64,000 bases of DNA, taken from assembly GCF_013315695.1 (NCBI RefSeq), contig NZ_CP054353.1. One strand, given 5' to 3'. The translations under genes were made by a program, and so were the position numbers. The DNA is from Escherichia coli (GTDB lineage Bacteria > Pseudomonadota > Gammaproteobacteria > Enterobacterales > Enterobacteriaceae). Below are positions 62,731 to 64,000 of the stretch, in pieces (within the stretch, counting starts at the first letter, position 1; every line of letters starts with the position of its first letter). A model generated the notes under the pieces. That model was given only the letters and a program-made list of their open reading frames with translations. It made no database searches and was not told the origin of the DNA.

Positions 62731-64000
62731 TCAGTGAAAAAATTGCCATTGCGTTATGCGATCGCGCAAACGCTCAGTGCGAACATCATCAAGTGCGTAT
62801 AGCGCCTGCGCGGCCTCTTCCCGCTGACGGACCAGTAACAGCTTACGGCCTGAAAGTTTAAGTGTGGTACATAACTGCGCGTCACTGGCGTTTTTCTGTA
62901 AACGCCCACGCAGCGCCGGTAATGCCATTTCGCTGGTTTGTAACAGACGCATTAAGCAACCTAACGACGTTAATAGCGGACGATGAGCGAAAGCAAAACC
63001 GGCCAGTTCAAGCCAGTCGTCGTCAGAAAGGACGGCATCGTTTAGTGGATCAACGGGAAGCATTTCGCCATTCCACTGCGCGAGAGCTTGCGCATCGCGA
63101 CGTAAACGGTAATGCTCACGTTCAGCCAGCTGTTTACCCGCATCACTCATCGGTAACAGTGCCATCGCCGTATAGCAACCGCTGCTGGCTTCACGATGAT
63201 TACCCATTCGCACCAGCACAAAACCGCAGCGTTGCCAGAAACGCCATAACTCCCCGGTGTAACCAAAACTCACCGAAAGATAGTCGAGGTCATGCGTATA
63301 TTGCAAAGCACCAGCAATAAGTTGCCGCCCTGTGCCTTCCCGCTGACGCGCCGGATGAACTGCTATCCGGCTTACCCGCCGTCCACGCAATGTCGCTGCC
63401 AGTGGATTGCTGCCGTGCGCCGCCAGCGACTGGGCCACCAGATTACCCCGAGGGCGACGAAAACCTGCCCATACCGCCTGACTGAGTTGTTGAGATAATC
63501 CCCCCTCATCCACCAGCCACAGCGCTCCGGCAATCTCGTTTTCGCCAGCCGCCTGTAAAAAATGTTGCCCTGGTGCATCCATCATCCGGCGTAAATCCAG
63601 CGGCGAGGTCCGGTAGTGCGCGCCAGACAATAGCTGATATACCTTTAACGGCGTTTCTGGTTCGCTTCGCCATAACGTCTGTTCAAAAGCAGAAATGACG
63701 ATGTCACCTTGTGGTTCGTGAGTGAAGTTTTCATCGTCAAACACCAGTGCCTCACTAACCATTTTTTCCAGCGGGCATCCCTGCGCCCAGCGGATCGGCT
63801 GTTGTAGTTCAAAACGGTGTAAATGCGGAAAGCGAGCGCAAAATTTCAGCAAAAAACCACGTCCGGTGCCTTCGTAGCCCTGCACCGTAGTGGTTAACAA
63901 CGTTCGAGGAAAACGCAATACCAGTTGATGCAACAACGGCGCAGGTATAGCTGCGGCTTCATCGACCACCAGCCAGTCGGCTTGCTCATCGCTGGCTAAC
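62731..64000 (-). CDS. tmcA: tRNA(Met) cytidine acetyltransferase TmcA, C-terminal part (gene continues beyond window end)
   Basis: Open frame on minus strand reaches window end without a start; translation matches GNAT plus tRNA-binding C-terminal half. Confidence 0.8.
   Translation of the reverse strand, partial: LASDEQADWLVVDEAAAIPAPLLHQLVLRFPRTLLTTTVQGYEGTGRGFLLKFCARFPHLHRFELQQPIRWAQGCPLEKMVSEALVFDDENFTHEPQGDIVISAFEQTLWRSEPETPLKVYQLLSGAHYRTSPLDLRRMMDAPGQHFLQAAGENEIAGALWLVDEGGLSQQLSQAVWAGFRRPRGNLVAQSLAAHGSNPLAATLRGRRVSRIAVHPARQREGTGRQLIAGALQYTHDLDYLSVSFGYTGELWRFWQRCGFVLVRMGNHREASSGCYTAMALLPMSDAGKQLAEREHYRLRRDAQALAQWNGEMLPVDPLNDAVLSDDDWLELAGFAFAHRPLLTSLGCLMRLLQTSEMALPALRGRLQKNASDAQLCTTLKLSGRKLLLVRQREEAAQALYALDDVRTERLRDRITQWQFFH

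Overview
This 64-kb window is an Escherichia coli-type chromosomal segment, collinear with the K-12 region running from yfeN to tmcA. Gene identities rest on reading the supplied translations against protein families I recognise; no database search was run. The core content is: yfeN (partial), yfeR, yfeH, ypeB, ligA, zipA, cysZ, cysK, ptsHI-crr, pdxK, yfeK, cysM, cysAWUP, ucpA, murR/murQP, yfeW, yfeX, yfeY, yfeZ, ypeA, amiA, hemF, the full 17-gene ethanolamine utilisation (eut) microcompartment operon, maeB, talA-tktB, ypfG, nudK, aegA, narQ, acrD, ypfM, yffB, dapE, ypfN, ypfH and tmcA (partial). Most of it is ordinary core genome with tight operon packing, REP/BIME repeats and rho-independent terminators. 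Four things depart from the K-12 layout as I recall it: (1) a complete 768-bp IS1 with a perfect 9-bp target-site duplication sits between eutS and eutP, rewriting the eutS C-terminus and separating the upstream promoter region from the 16 downstream eut genes; (2) a lone GT4-type glycosyltransferase gene with an AT-rich upstream region lies between eutS and maeB, the best candidate for an uncharacterised accessory function here; (3) the eutB/eutA junction is uninterrupted (no CPZ-55 prophage); (4) yfeS is absent between yfeK and cysM. No rRNA, tRNA or CRISPR array was seen. I found no multi-gene novel system beyond these; the glycosyltransferase islet and the IS1-disrupted eut operon are the items most worth follow-up.
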